Positions 63,982-64,000 of a stretch of DNA of 64,000 nucleotides are shown one piece after another. Each line of letters begins with the position of its first letter. Position 1 is the first letter of the stretch. The notes under the pieces are model-generated. The model saw only the letters and a program-made list of their open reading frames with translations. It was not told where the DNA came from and made no database searches. The position numbers were made by a program, and so were the translations under genes. The DNA is from a virus (lineage: Duplodnaviria > Caudoviricetes), in IMG/VR virus record IMGVR_UViG_3300015050_001523, positions 160,001 through 224,000 of that record, one strand, 5' to 3'.

Positions 63982-64000
63982 TTTTAATTTAACTAAATAG

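Noticed and set aside
1-64000. Stop-codon recoding (alternative genetic code)
   Set aside because: Recognisable proteins are full-length under code 11, genes end in TAA, TGA and TAG and abut their neighbours, and no CTA/TTA/TCA-anticodon tRNA was found

Overview
AT-rich, densely coding window that best fits a jumbo (large myovirus-like) bacteriophage genome. There is no rRNA and no host housekeeping synteny. It carries 29 canonical-looking tRNA genes covering all 20 amino acids (none with encoded CCA), plus one atypical D-arm-less tRNA-Arg-like gene. It also holds many short hypothetical ORFs, seven dispersed HREDGPA-repeat paralogs, a virion/tail-like module (29.1-37.5 kb), a sigma-70 factor, IF-1, GroEL-like, ClpP-like, DinG-like helicase and PhoH genes. 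The most striking system is a phage-encoded Ro60/TROVE protein (20146-21747) accompanied by seven copies of a conserved small-RNA scaffold (5'-UAGGAUG...GGAUUACA...[variable cargo]...AUCUU...UUGCCUA-3') interleaved with the tRNA genes. Two copies carry complete circularly permuted tRNA-mimic modules like bacterial YrlA Y RNAs; the others carry different or minimal cargo. The window also encodes a WGR-PARP ADP-ribosyltransferase with macrodomain, NUDIX and Sir2 enzymes, and an RNA end-repair kit (Rnl2 ligase, metallophosphoesterase, 2H phosphoesterase, two CCA-enzyme-like nucleotidyltransferases). Further oddities are an apparently split sigma factor, a catalytically degenerate DNA ligase, and two promoter classes placed to give leaderless mRNAs. 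All calls are from reading motifs by eye; no database searches were run.
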